Shown: in pieces, positions 27,381 through 41,338 of the stretch
Numbering within the stretch: the first letter of the stretch is position 1
How the letters are laid out: the number at the start of each line of letters is the position of its first letter
Source: Eledone cirrhosa
Lineage: Eukaryota
Reading direction: 5' to 3'
Assembly (NCBI GenBank): GCA_964016885.1
Contig: OZ024742.1
Coordinates: forward strand, 208,878,001-208,942,000
Length of the DNA stretch: 64,000 bases
Notes under the pieces: model-generated
Database searches by the model: none
What the model was told of the DNA's origin: nothing
Seen by the model: the letters and a program-made list of their open reading frames with translations, nothing else
Program-made: the position numbers and the translations under genes

Positions 27381-28142
27381 CAGTTGCCACCCGGTATTCG
27401 CGAGGATTTCGAGGGGTGAAAAACTGCGAAAATGAAACAATAATTGTTAATTTAAAAAAAAGGAGAGAATACCGTCCACTTGATAAAGTACGAAAGTGTG
27501 AGCTCATGCGATAGTTTGAATAATATATTTTTCAGGCTATTTTTGTTGAATGAAGAAGAAAAAAATACATAAATTTAATTGTGAATATTTAAAAACGTTA
27601 AAATTCTTTATTTTAATTTAAAGACGTTTCAGTAACCGTCTATCATCATGTTTTCACTTTTTATTTAAAAGCTTTCGCAATCCAAACTACCATTCAAAAC
27701 ATCTGCCGACATATTTCAATATAGAGGGATAATATATACAGCCGAAACTTAAGCAATTAATATACAGCTGTCCCCCGGTGCTCGCATGGGTTACGTTCCT
27801 AGAGCAACCACGAAGAGTGAAAAACCGTAAATGTTGGACGTGCTCCATGAAAATGCCTATTAACGTCAAAATATAATTTAAAATATAAGAAAGAACGAGG
27901 GAGTGTCTTCTGCGAAGGGGTGACAAATACAGTATATTCTTGGTAATAATCTAGCATTAAAATATGCATATATATTTCCATGAAAATATACATATATATT
28001 TCCATGAAAAATCGTGGAAGTTATTTAAGATTCCCCGAATATGCAGTGGTTTCCACGAACAATTATTAGTTAGATTCTAAGGAAAATTCCGCGAAGAGCC
28101 GGGACCGTGAATGCCAGGGCTGCGAATGTCGTGGGTACACTG
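27381..28142. mobile_element. pogo/Tigger-like MITE
   Basis: TA-CAGTtgccacccggtattcgc ... gcgaatgtcgtgggtacACTG-TA; imperfect TIRs, TA TSD, no ORF. Confidence 0.65.
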
Positions 28143-28304
28143 TATTTAATTCTCACAGATTTGACAGTATTATAAAGAATGCATGAAATACCCACGATTT
28201 CTTTAGTAATAACAAAAACATTTCACCAACACCAAGTCATACTCGATTAAGAGTGACTGCTGATATATGCATATATATATAAATGCACACGCACACACAC
28301 ATGC

Positions 28305-28362
<58 letters not shown>

Positions 28363-28454
28363 AAGCAAAAGGATATTTAATTTGTTGGTAATTCAACAAA
28401 TATATTTATAACAGATTCGAAGCACTCGACAGTTTTTCTGGAATATAATATCAA

Positions 28455-28589
28455 TAATTGTTTCTACTTTTGGAACAAGGCCAGCAATTACCCAGTACAT
28501 TACTGGTACTTTATTTTATCGACCCCGTAACGATGAAAGGCAAAGTTAACCTCGGCGGGATTTGAACTCAGACCGCAAAGGGACGTAAA
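28455..28589 (-). mobile_element. SINE inserted in pLTR
   Basis: Reverse complement of SINE core and tail. Confidence 0.85.
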
Positions 28590-28596
28590 CCATATT

Positions 28597-28657
28597 TATT
28601 CTATTATATATATTTCAAGGGTACCAAAACTTCTGTACGCCCTCATCAGATAAAATA
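28597..28657 (-). ncRNA. Type I hammerhead ribozyme
   Basis: tattttat-CTGATGA-gggcgtac..gtaccctt-GAAA-tatat-ATA-atagaata. Confidence 0.78.
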
Positions 28658-31171
28658 CAAAGTTTGTTTTATAAATAGTGACAAATCCAGAAATAAGACC
28701 TTAACGGTTCAAGTATATATTCATATATAAATATATATATATATTCATATATAAATATAAGTATGTATGTATGCATACGTACATACATATATGTATACAG
28801 ACATACAGTAGTATGTATATATATATACATACATGCACACATATATATATGCACGTATCGGTTTACCGAACATTTATTATAATGCTCGGTTTGTTTGCAA
28901 ACAAACAAACAGCCCGAATTACGCCGTACAGTGTTTAGGCAACCACGTCACCTTTTTGTTCAACACTGATACAGGAACGATGTACTAGTTTCACCCTTAT
29001 TAGCTATCGTCAGCATCGTATACCTTCCTGCCAGATGGTTGAACGTCTGAAAGTATATACTTTCCTCATGCATATTAACGGCTGAGCAGCCCAATTTGCA
29101 TATCGTGTGATTCCAGTCGGCTGGGCACGCCGAAAACGATAAATGGAATAGAATGAAACGAAATTTCATTTGTCACTCTTAGTACGGCACTAAACTTAAA
29201 TGTAAGTATGTATGTATGCATACGTACATACAGATAGACATACACACATAAAACATATGTATATGTATGTCAATACACATATATACATATATACACACAT
29301 ATAGAGAGAGAAGTATATAGTATAAAGTACATAGTATAATTGAAGTATATAGTATAAAGTACATAGTATAATTGAAGTACATAAAATACAAAAGAATTAT
29401 ATTACGATTTGGAAATATAATTATAAGCAATATAACTTTAAAAGCAATATAACTTTAAAATATTATAGAATATTGCAAGTTATAATTTCAAAATAATAGT
29501 ATGTTTAATAAATTTAGTATAGAAATTTTCTACGTATATTTAAGTTAATTTTATATCCATAAGAGAAATAAACAGAAACTTTGAAATGATAAACTTTCGA
29601 AAATAGGAGAAACTATCAAACAATAAAAAATAAAAAATATAAGAAAAATGTTCTCCTTTTAAGAGCCCTCAGTATATTTCTCTAGAATAGTTTATTATAT
29701 TTATTTATATTTAGTAAGAAAAATTATTTTTACTTGAGTGTATAATCAGTCAAAAAAGATGAAGGAATCTAATGATTTATTGACAGGTTCAATATATTAA
29801 TAGAATTAATTAATTAATTATATATTACATTTTAAATTTATATTTAAACGTTGAGTTTAATCTATGTATAAAGCAACTGAATAAATTATTCCTTAAGTTC
29901 AGGGAATTTTTGGTCTTTAATATAAAGAATATTTCCTCTATACAAAGATCACAATTTTCTGAAGAGGAGTTAAAAGGAGTAGCCTTTGAAATAATATTCC
30001 AAATCAACGAATATTCAACGTTCTTTAGTTTGAGGTCCCATAATAGGCTAGATAGAGAAGTTGAAGATTGTTTGTTTATGATTATTGAAGCGGGATTTAA
30101 ATTCTGTGGAAGTGGATCCCACATAATTAAATGAATTTAAATTAGTTTTTACATTACAATTATATACTATATTTTGAGCTAAGCAATTGTTATTTAACGG
30201 ACAGTTAGATTTATTTCTACAGTTATCAAATTGGAATTTGCTTGGGTTATTAGTGGTATTTTCGTTAGGTTTTAAATATCTATTATTAATTCTATTAATA
30301 TTTTGCGCTAAATTTTTGGTGGAAGAATAAGTTAATTTTATAGTATGTCTATTAAAAATTGAGTAATATCTATGTGTTCTAGGGAAGTATTTGTCAAGCG
30401 CTTTAAAAATAGTTTAGCAATAGGGGTTTTAATATTTAATGAGAAAGGAGGAGCGAACCATAATATGTTCCTAGTTCTATTCCTTTTTCCGCTTTCGGAA
30501 TTAATGTAAGGTTTTCTATTATAGTTGTTAAAATTGTTACGATAGTTAAAATTGTTACTCTTATGGTTAATTGTTATATTATTATTATTATCAATGTATT
30601 TAATTTTATTTCTATACCCAGCTCTACCTAACGCTTCGTTGTAATAATGTGCTTTTTCATCAAATATATTTATTAGGTGAAATTCTCGAAATTCATTCCT
30701 GTACAGAGTTCACTATAGTATTTTTAACGGATCTGGGGTGATTAGAGTTAAAATTGACGTAGTTTAAGTTTTCATTTAGTTTGTGAAATGGATAATGAAG
30801 ACATGTGTTAAGATTTAGTGTTACATCTAGAAAGTTAACTATTTTATGGTTATTCTCTATTTCTAATTTTAGATTAAGGTAATTAAAAAATTCTATAATT
30901 TGTTTTCTTTTCTATTTAGTTCACAGTTATTATTTTCTATAAGTAAAAGCATGTCGTCACGATATAAACCTCCGGTTATCTCAGGTATTTTCCTTTGTAG
31001 AGAATTATTTATAAAGAGGCCCACATGATCCGTTACCTGAGCGGAATCGGATGATCCCATAGTTATATCGAAGTTATTATTTCTATCTGCCCTAGTCCTG
31101 GAACTTCCAACAGTAATGGTTGCATTCTTTAAGGGTATGTCAATATTTATTTATAAAACTGATCTATATTA

Positions 31172-31236
31172 TATTTTATCTGATGAAAGAACACCATAAT
31201 TTAACTTGGTGTCCTTGAAATATGTATAATGAAATA
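31172..31236 (+). ncRNA. Type I hammerhead ribozyme
   Basis: tattttat-CTGATGA-aagaacacca..tggtgtcctt-GAAA-tatgt-ATA-atgaaata. Confidence 0.78.
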
Positions 31237-31463
31237 AATATGGTTTTATAAATATAGTTTCCATTTGTTAATATCGTATTTTTACTCCAAATATTTGTTG
31301 AGTGCTTTATATCAGTTATAAAAATATTTGCTTGTTGTATCCCAACAATTTAAATAGAACTTTACATATATGTATATATATGACCAAATATTAATACGGC
31401 ACATTGAATATAGTTTTACAATAGATTAAAAGCACTCTACAGTAAAGTTTTCTGGAGTTATTA

Positions 31464-31795
31464 TTATTCAGAATAATAATAAACGAAGACATTCACATAG
31501 TCAAAATATGTTTTATTATATATATTTCGAAGTTAACGTGCTGTTTTTTCAGTACGTCCTCATCAGATAAAATACATGAATTGATGTATGACATACGTCA
31601 ACGGTCTTGATGGTTCAATTCCAGTACTGCCAATACTGGAATTGAACCAAAAAACCGTTGAGGTATGTCATACATCAATTCATGTATTTTATCTGACGAG
31701 GACGTACTGAAAAAACAGCACGTTAACTTCGAAATATATATAATAAAACATATTTTGACTATGTGAATGTCTTCATTTATTATTATTCTGAATAA
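31464..31795. mobile_element. ORF-less fold-back element with an HHR on each strand
   Basis: Arms 31464-31626 / 31634-31795; HHRs at 31511-31572 (-) and 31687-31748 (+): ttttat-CTGAYGA-ggacgt..cttc-GAAA-tatat-ATA-ataaaa. Confidence 0.88.
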
Positions 31796-31869
<74 letters not shown>

Positions 31870-31943
31870 ATTCATAGATAAATATATATATATATTCATA
31901 TATAAATATATATATTCGTATATAAATATATATATATATATTC

Positions 31944-32068
<125 letters not shown>

Positions 32069-33289
32069 TATATAAATATATATGCTGTAGTATAAGTTTG
32101 GTAGCAATAGCCAAGGGTACGAGTACTTAGTCTATAGGGCGAATTAAGTATGATTAGTTACAACAGTGACATATACAGGCACTTATGTTTCGTTAGGTTA
32201 TACATACCAACTCATTATACGTAATTAGGGCCCTTATTGCTCTAATCAATCTACTAATCCTCAACAAATGCCCTATACCGAACGCCAACCTGTACCAATG
32301 ACTCCTGCCAAACAAACCGTACTGAACCTCCAAATTCGACAAATCAAACGTCTTTCTAAACTCGGTTTACGCAACCAGACCGTAATAGACATCTAATGGA
32401 GACTACAAACGTTATCATGCTGCAGCTGTCATATTACGTAGTTTCTATATAATAAAGCCAAAGCTATTAGTTAAATGAATTGATGTCTAGTTTTCATAAC
32501 ATAACATAAACGCCAACATTGATAATCAAGTAGATACCGAAGCCTTTAAAGGAATAAGTGAAAGTGAAGCAAAATGATAAACACAAGAAGTCTAGTTCCT
32601 ACAACAGAACATATACACGAAAATAGTAATAACAATCAACTAAATACCCAATCTATTTAAGAAATAAGCGAAATGTATCCAAGATGGAAAATATAGATAT
32701 GGTATCAGAAAATACAACAAAAAGGCGACGCATATATAATACTTCTTCAATACGCATATATTCTTATACTTCTGGTATTCTCGACCCCCTCCCTGTACTA
32801 CATCCCTACTCACTGCTATCGAAGTGGAGTTGGTTGCCCACAGGTGCAAGCCGCGTGAGGTGAGATGTCTCTTCCAACGCGTCTTCTACGCCGTCTTATC
32901 CATTTTGTCGGCTGGGACGACGAGGACGACGTTATATTATGTAGTAGTGTGGCAGTCTTCAAACGAAAGGTTAATAATGCTGATAGATACATTCACACAC
33001 AACAATGTAATTATCTTTAAAATATCTCAACATTTGTCTTATAATCATAGAGTATCAGTATATCCACACTGTGCAAATTGAGAATCCTAATGTATACGTA
33101 TTTTTATTGATAACCCCCTCACCTCTATATGTTCAAAGCAAACATAGCATCTATAAATACTACGTATAGACTTTCTTTATTCCTTACTGTTACACACGTG
33201 TTACACATATGCATATATTATCTACATTTTCATATTTAGTTATATCTTTATTTTTAATTGTTTTTGGTGGATTTAGGTCATGATTGCGG

Positions 33290-33420
33290 TTACTACTACA
33301 ACAACCACTACTGCGCACTGCTAATACTGCTGCTATTACTACTACTACTACTACTACTACAACTACTACTACCACTACTACTACTACTACTACAACCATT
33401 ACTGCGCACTGATGATGATG

Positions 33421-33467
<47 letters not shown>

Positions 33468-33480
33468 GCTGCTACTGCTG

Positions 33481-33547
<67 letters not shown>

Positions 33548-33582
33548 TACTTCAACCACTACACTGCACACTGCTGCTGCTG

Positions 33583-33643
<61 letters not shown>

Positions 33644-33678
33644 TACTTCAACCACTACACTGCACACTGCTGCTGCTG

Positions 33679-33731
<53 letters not shown>

Positions 33732-33752
33732 GCTGCTGCTGCTGATGATGAT
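33290..33752. repeat. Compound (ACT)n/(GCT)n microsatellite with higher-order duplication
   Basis: Spacer tcaaccactacactgcaca recurs between ACT arrays. Confidence 0.9.
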
Positions 33753-34972
33753 ATTTAACCCTTCTAATAGAACATTCTCTGACACTTGAAACTAAAATAT
33801 TAATACTGTAGTAAACAGCCTGGTTTTGTGTCATAAAATCAATCAAATGTGCAGAAAAACAAACCCATACTAAGAAAGCGAATCCTACGGGTACTGATGT
33901 CTAAAATACTGATCATTCTATGAACTGCCGACACCATTCTCCAATACCGATATCTCTAAAAGTTCTACTTTATTGGGGCAAATTAACCTTCAACCAAAAA
34001 TGGAATAATCAAGATGACTAAATATCAATTAATAGGATTGAACGAACCCACCCCACAAAGTGACGCTAGCTAGAATGTCTTATTGTGTCAGCTAGGCTTT
34101 GGAAGAGTAACATCAAAACCCTCCCAGGACGTATCACACGTTGAACAAACGATTACACAATTGCAGTCTGGTGAGATATCTATTTCATGATAGATACTAC
34201 TGAAATATATGTAACAGTAACAATGTAATCAATAAAATTATATAATAATCAAATACACTGACTTCTTCATTATATAATTCTAGTTGTTGGGTCTGTATTT
34301 TTAATAATACAAACTTGATTAAACTATTGAGTGAGTGAGAAATCGACCGAGGCCATTTCAGTTAAAACTGATTAACTTAATTCTTTAATTATTTATGCTC
34401 CTAGCCGACAAACCTTCATATACATCATAAGCTGAACGTTTCATTTGTTTATTTTAGTTCTATTCATTTATTATTTGCAGCTTTGTCTTTGTTTCTTTAA
34501 TGAAGCACCTAGATCAAATGCTTATGGCGAATTCACTCTTCACAATTTTTAATCAACGCGACTGTGTTCTCTGATTATAGTCAGGGCAGGCTTACCTCCT
34601 CTTTGATGTAAAGTCACGTGCCACTGAAAGTCGAGATTTACTACAACATCGCCGGTATGAGTCAAACGGATGTGCTATCTAGGGAAAATAGCTTTCAACA
34701 CCAGTAAGGTTACATCCCGTTGACGAAGCGATCGCTTGCCAGGTTACGTACCAATATATAACATTACCAATTTCTGGTGATTGGAATCACGGAAACTGCT
34801 GCTTTAGCCACGCGTCGGTCCGGGAGAATGGAAAATTTAAATTCCTATCCACACGAAATTGCTTTTGTCACTGTATAAGTCACTTAAGCTGTTGGTTCTG
34901 CATTTTTTGATAATACAAACTTCATTAAACTATTGAGCGAGAAAATTGCGCCTGACTAGCTTCGTTCATTAG

Positions 34973-35049
<77 letters not shown>

Positions 35050-35050
<1 letters not shown>

Positions 35051-36208
35051 GAACAAGTATGACCCACACGGCAGAGCTCAAGCTGTTTCGACGGCTAATT
35101 CTGGACTAAATATGAATGTTTAGCCTGGTAAATAAATAGCCGAACTTCTCAGGGGATAATTCCTTATATGGGAAGATAGTAATTGTCAAAAGGATTGGTC
35201 AAACATTTGTTGTAAAAGCAGATGATTCTATCATGGCATTTAGTGGAAGGTAGGTGTGGCTGAACTTGCCGGTAGAACAAAGAGGGAGTGGAGGAAACCC
35301 AGTCAAGCGTTGAAAGTGAAATCTATACAGCAGATTCTAAGGATAGTGTATAGAAGGTCGAAAAAAGTGTACTGGAGAAGAGGAGGGAGGGGAAGTTGAA
35401 AGAATAGGTAAATCGAAAGGGAGTAAACAAAAAAAAACATTATAAAAATAAGGAAATAAATAAATAAAAAACAATTTCTGGTTACTACTCCATCCCCACA
35501 ATCACCAAATCTCTCATTGGTATTGCTAAGCTATAGAAAAGTTTAATAGGTGGAGAAAAATACTAAATACGAGATTGTAGTGAAATAATTTTATAAAGCC
35601 GGCTTTACAGGGGTTCAAACAACACTACTATAGTTAGTAGTAATCAGCCAATGCTATCTTACAATGACAGGTTAATAAGTTGAGAACAAACATACTAAAA
35701 TACTACTACAAAAATACTAATACGAAATATTAATTCAGAATACTAATACATAAATACTAATACAAAAATACTAACAAAAGTACCACTAAGAAATATAGAA
35801 ATCACGGAAATGGAGCAGCAACCAGAAAGAAAACGTTTTACTGGGGTCTAACACATCTGCCATAAAAAGCGTAATCGGCCAATTCTATCTTAAAATTAGG
35901 AGGGTGGGGGTACTGATGCTACAGAGGACCGATGGGCTGCATCGGGGTGGGCGAAAAGGTGTAAAAACACAAGGAAGGAGATCTGGGGTGGATGGACTAG
36001 GAAGTGATGGGGGTAAGAAGGAACTATAGAGGAAAAGAATAGAAAGTTACGTCTACCTTTGTAAGCAAGGGTCACCCCTTACAAAATCGACAAGTGGGGT
36101 GTTTCAGCCCTAGTCTACCCCACGGGTCATTATGGGGTTTGAGGGCGAGATAAGTCCGAGCAATCTGTGTTTGCATGCAGTTACCAGTTCGTCTTTCTTG
36201 TTTAGGAG
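35050..36208 (-). mobile_element. Solo family C pLTR with decayed HHR (35062-35156)
   Basis: Colinear with 6466-7547; core CTGAGAA..GAAA, cleavage triplet mutated to GTG. Confidence 0.88.
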
Positions 36209-37191
36209 TATATATATTAACAGTATATGCATATTCTAATATATAGATTTTCTTAACAATATATACAAAACAATCGTAATTAACGTTGTAATAATTAACG
36301 ATGTCGTTGACGGAATTATGCCAAACAACGTAGAGAAAATTCCTATGATGGATAAATAGACGATCCAGACTGATTTATATGCATAATTATGTAGAAACCT
36401 GGTAATTTTACATTTCGGAAATAATTATTTTCTACATCATTTATTAATTGTTATCCATAGTTATGGGGCCAATTTCTCTTTTAGGATATAAACTACATAC
36501 ACTATGGGTATCTGCATAGGAAGTCTATGCAGGGACAATATACATATAATAATTCTAACGATGCCAGAGTTATTTTGATAATTATGTCATCACCTCTAGA
36601 GAGATACCTTTATACACAGACAGTGTCTAAATACATTCGAGTGCTTGCATCTTTATGGAGTTTGTTGAAGTATATAAAATCTCACTACAATATAAATATC
36701 TATGTATCAGCTCTTTATTTTATGACAGTATCCATGTAAAATCTCAACATTAATTTCTCTATGTTCTCATCTAACAACGCAAGATACCACATTTCAGAGT
36801 CTGCCTTCGGTTATATTTTTATTTTTATTTATTTTTATTTTTTTTTAACGTTTTTTGTGTTATATATGTATATATATATATTGGGGGTATTTTTCATTTG
36901 GGTAACGGAAAGTAGACCACAATAAGAATTGCGTCAATTTTTTTTCGTTTTATTTCAAAAACGTTTTGTAAAGAGACCTATGGAGAACAGCGCATAATCT
37001 GATCATGCTGGGAAAAATTATTTGTTACCGCGAGCAAAATATTGCAGTAAAAGGAATGGTTGAAAAGAGATAAATAAATATTTCTCAAATTACACTACAA
37101 AAGGAAACGAAAAAGTAACTGAAGACAAAGTATAAAAATGATAAGGACAAGAGTGTACACATATGCATATATTTAATATATATATATGTCT

Positions 37192-37261
<70 letters not shown>

Positions 37262-37442
37262 CAGCAGCAGCAGCAGTAGTAGTGGTAGTAAATATAGTGG
37301 GAAAAAATCTAGAATCACCCCATTTTTATCTATTCTTTCAGAAGTATTTTATTTTTCAGGCTGCAGGGAGGAGTGATTTTGAGTACATAGAAATTGTGAC
37401 ATGTATATAGCACAGTGTATATATATGTATATGAATGTATAT

Positions 37443-37792
37443 ATAGCATATTTCGCAATATACCGTATGTTTAATTAAAAACATTTAGAAGACTATACGC
37501 TATCGGTTTTAAAGTAGTGACAATGTCACTTACTTCTTTTCGCCAATCGCTCTGTATAATTAGCTCCTGATTATTACTAGAATTTTATAAGAATCCAGCT
37601 TCTATAACTTGCAGCGGAAGCAGGGGGTGCGGGGCTCTGATGATCGCCAACCAGCGTGAAACAGACTGTTAGCTTCTCTCTCTTCTTTTGCCTAAAAGAA
37701 GTAAGTGACATAGTCACTACATTAAAACCGATAGTGTAAGGTCTCCTAAATGTTTTTAATTAAACATACGGTATATTGCCAAATATACTATA
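37443..37792. mobile_element. Inverted-repeat mini-element with one central HHR
   Basis: Arms ~37443-37540 / ~37694-37792. Confidence 0.8.
37631..37676 (+). ncRNA. Type I hammerhead ribozyme
   Basis: ggggct-CTGATGA-tcgc caacca gcgt-GAAA-cagact-GTT-agcttc. Confidence 0.78.
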
Positions 37793-37833
37793 CATACATT
37801 TATGTATACATCGCTATTTCAGAGTACGAATCG

Positions 37834-37928
<95 letters not shown>

Positions 37929-37929
<1 letters not shown>

Positions 37930-38430
37930 AAAAGGTAACCAGAAATAACAACACAATCGTTACAGTATATGGAAGGGATATATTAGGTTAACGCTTGAAA
38001 CAGCAGGAAGAGCGTCTGGAGGTTTCCGACACTAGTCCTTCATCAGAAGAAAGAATGAGAAATAAGATAGATTGAAGGGACGAGCGGGGTGGAATTGGGA
38101 AAAATGTCTTTAGATAAAAATAACAGATCCATTGATGTTGAAATCTTTTGGAAAACTGTTGGTGCTGGCGATTTGTGTATGATTTATATTTTTATAAAAG
38201 AGGATGATGGAGCGCGTCTACCTTAAATGGAAAGAAACCGTTTTGTATAAAGAGTTATACTTGTGCACGTGCATAAGCATGTGTGTGTGCTATTATAAGC
38301 CCGTACGAAGCTAAAGACAAATGTGTGTGTATATGTAAGTTAAAGAGAATGTGTTGTGTTCGCTTATAAGTACGAAGCTATGAGCAAAAGTATGTTAATA
38401 TAAGGGTGTTTATGTGTGTATGCAGAGTTG
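37929..38430 (-). mobile_element. Solo pLTR of 'family M' PLE
   Basis: Reverse complement of ~60050-60540; HHR core at ~38020-38050; abuts (GT)n. Confidence 0.85.
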
Positions 38431-38439
38431 TATATATAT

Positions 38440-38519
<80 letters not shown>

Positions 38520-38780
38520 AAGAATGCAGTAAAAAACTGGTTAGAACATTACTCACCACAGTACTTGATAGTCGGGTAGTAGAGTATGGTTATATGAAAG
38601 AGTCCGGACACCGACAGCTGAGCTCTTCCCCTTTCAACAGCTAATTCCAATTATTCCAAATCAGGACACACAAATGGATGAATAATTTATGCCCTTATTT
38701 GAAAGAAATTGAACCTCCTGATGAAACAGTTTTTCCACCGCCAACACATCTGTGATTCAGTCTTGGATCCTGACTTTTTC

Positions 38781-38837
<57 letters not shown>

Positions 38838-39258
38838 TGTGTGTGAATATAACTAATGTGATCCAATCCAACAAGTTTAAGTAAATATTGTAGCTGGTGA
38901 CGTATCTAAATAATCTAATTGAATAAAAGTGTTTCTCTTATTTACAGAAATATAATAAAAGTATCATACTCTGGTGGCGGTTGTTAGTGTCTCTCAATGA
39001 AAATGCGAATATGATTCACAAACCTCATCAGCGAAGCATAATTTTCTGTTACGAAGAATTTCATCTAGTAATATTTGCATAATGAGAAAACGTTAGTTAG
39101 AAGAAATCGCAGATGTTAAGCAATGTCGGGAATATGAATACTTAATAGGATTAAAGATGATATACGCAAAGTATTATAAATATAGGAAATTTTAAATAAT
39201 ATAGTAGCGGCTTGTTCTTAATCAATACACCTACTAACTGAAATTTTAAATACTCACA

Positions 39259-39584
<326 letters not shown>

Positions 39585-39669
39585 ATATATATATATATAT
39601 ATATATGTATATTTTTCTTCCTCATAATCGTCTCTTTCTCCCTATTTTCATATATATATATATATATCT

Positions 39670-40189
39670 TTAGGTTTGTTGGTTCACCACTGGATAGAAA
39701 TGGTCATTCCGTATGGTCAATCCTAGTGTAATATTGTGAAGAGTACTCAACGCCGTGCAGTTCATCTTCGTTTGTGTAGTTGGTGGTGCGAATACGGGGT
39801 TAATTATAAATGAAATAACAGGAGGCTGGACTGGTGTATATCCTTGAAATGTTTATTATACTATGATCATTTCAATGACCAGGTTCCATATGAATACGGT
39901 GATATCATCAGGTATTGGAATATAACAAAGGAATATGTAAAAAGCCATGGATCCGAAAAATCAAAGACAGAGAGGACGGCTGACCAACTAGCTTCTCAGC
40001 CAGCCGCCCTCAAAGTCAGCCGTCTTCTCTGTCTCTGATCTTTCGGACCCATGGCTTTTTACATATTCCTTTGTTATATTCCAATACCTGATGATATCAT
40101 CGGATTTATATGGAACCCGGTCATTGAAATGATCATAGTATAATAAACCTTTCAAGGATTTACACCATTCCAGCCTCCTGTTATTTCAT

Positions 40190-40194
<5 letters not shown>
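39670..40194. mobile_element. ORF-less fold-back element with decayed HHRs
   Basis: Arms ~39806-39984 / ~40015-40194; caatac-CTGATGA..GGAA-cccg-GTC-attg at ~40082-40126. Confidence 0.8.
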
Positions 40195-40256
<62 letters not shown>

Positions 40257-40412
40257 TAAGAATTAAAATACTAGAGTGCGTTGGAGTAAAACACACTCGT
40301 CATATTATAGAAATGACAGTATAGGATATAGCTCAATGTAATACAACAGAGCCGAAAAATTATAAAAATTATAAAAATAGACAAAGAAGCCTTCAATACA
40401 TCAAAAGTCTTT

Positions 40413-40458
40413 ATTAGCCTACAATGTTTCGTCCCATTAAGGACTCATCAGGGCAATT
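40413..40458 (-). ncRNA. Type I minimal hammerhead ribozyme
   Basis: gcc-CTGATGA-gtcc ttaatg ggac-GAAA-catt-GTA-ggc. Confidence 0.9.
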
Positions 40459-40472
40459 AATCTTATCTGTTT

Positions 40473-40518
40473 AATTGCCCTGATGAGTCCTTAATGGGAC
40501 GAAACATTGTAGGCTAAT
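40473..40518 (+). ncRNA. Type I minimal hammerhead ribozyme
   Basis: Identical to the minus-strand copy. Confidence 0.9.
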
Positions 40519-40549
40519 AAAGACTTTTGATGTATTGAAGGCTTCTTTG

Positions 40550-40620
<71 letters not shown>

Positions 40621-41297
40621 TTATATGTGTTGTAAAATAAAGGAAATGCCTTGGTAAGTCAGATATATTTGAAAAAAAGAGAAGAATGACTCCACTACCG
40701 GTTGGTATTCTTTAATATTTCAAAATCTTTATAGGAAGTCGTTGTTAATATTAACTCTGGTAAGTCTTTGTTAACTTATGTGGATAACGTTAATTCCTAG
40801 TTCTGGAGGACTTCCTCGCATTCGGTGGCGCTTTTCAAATTTGTCTAATGAGGTATGTTGATGTACATATATAACTAGCATAGTTTTATTCGTTTATATT
40901 TCTGGGGTAGATAAAATATCATATCTGACCAATGTGCTTGAATGGTTTATTTGAAATCACCATACGATATGTGTAAAAATACACGAAGAAACTAACGGTT
41001 AAATGCTGAGACGATGCGGTCACATAATTAGTTCGCTCCCACCAAATGCACTTACATATACACACACTCACACATACGCAGACACACACATACATACAAC
41101 CACACACACAGACAGATACACACATAAGTAGACAGGAAATAATAAAAAAATTGCGTGGAGAAGAACGTGGGGCTGGAAACCGAATGCTCGTACAAGAAAC
41201 TCTAGAATAACATCTTAAATGATCGGCCACAATAAATTATACACACATACCGCCCATACACACACACATACACGCACGCACACAGACACACACACAA

Positions 41298-41338
<41 letters not shown>

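Larger units (their letters stand above)
28365..31375 (-). mobile_element. Degenerate PLE with diverged inverted pLTR arms
   Basis: Minus-strand RT remnants (FDITMGSSDSAQ ~31040-31075, LYRDD ~30960, WFAPPF ~30450), endonuclease end CDLCIEE (29825-30124); related arms ~28365-28670 and ~31165-31375. Confidence 0.8.
40250..40556. mobile_element. Perfect 86-bp fold-back carrying two canonical HHRs
   Basis: 40375-40460 is the exact reverse complement of 40471-40556; 10-nt loop; (TA)n on both sides. Confidence 0.93.

Noticed and set aside
32400-32760. Possible GIY-YIG remnant
   Set aside because: Only faint similarity with many stops
38715-39040. Isolated CTGATGA motifs
   Set aside because: No correctly placed GAAA or stems
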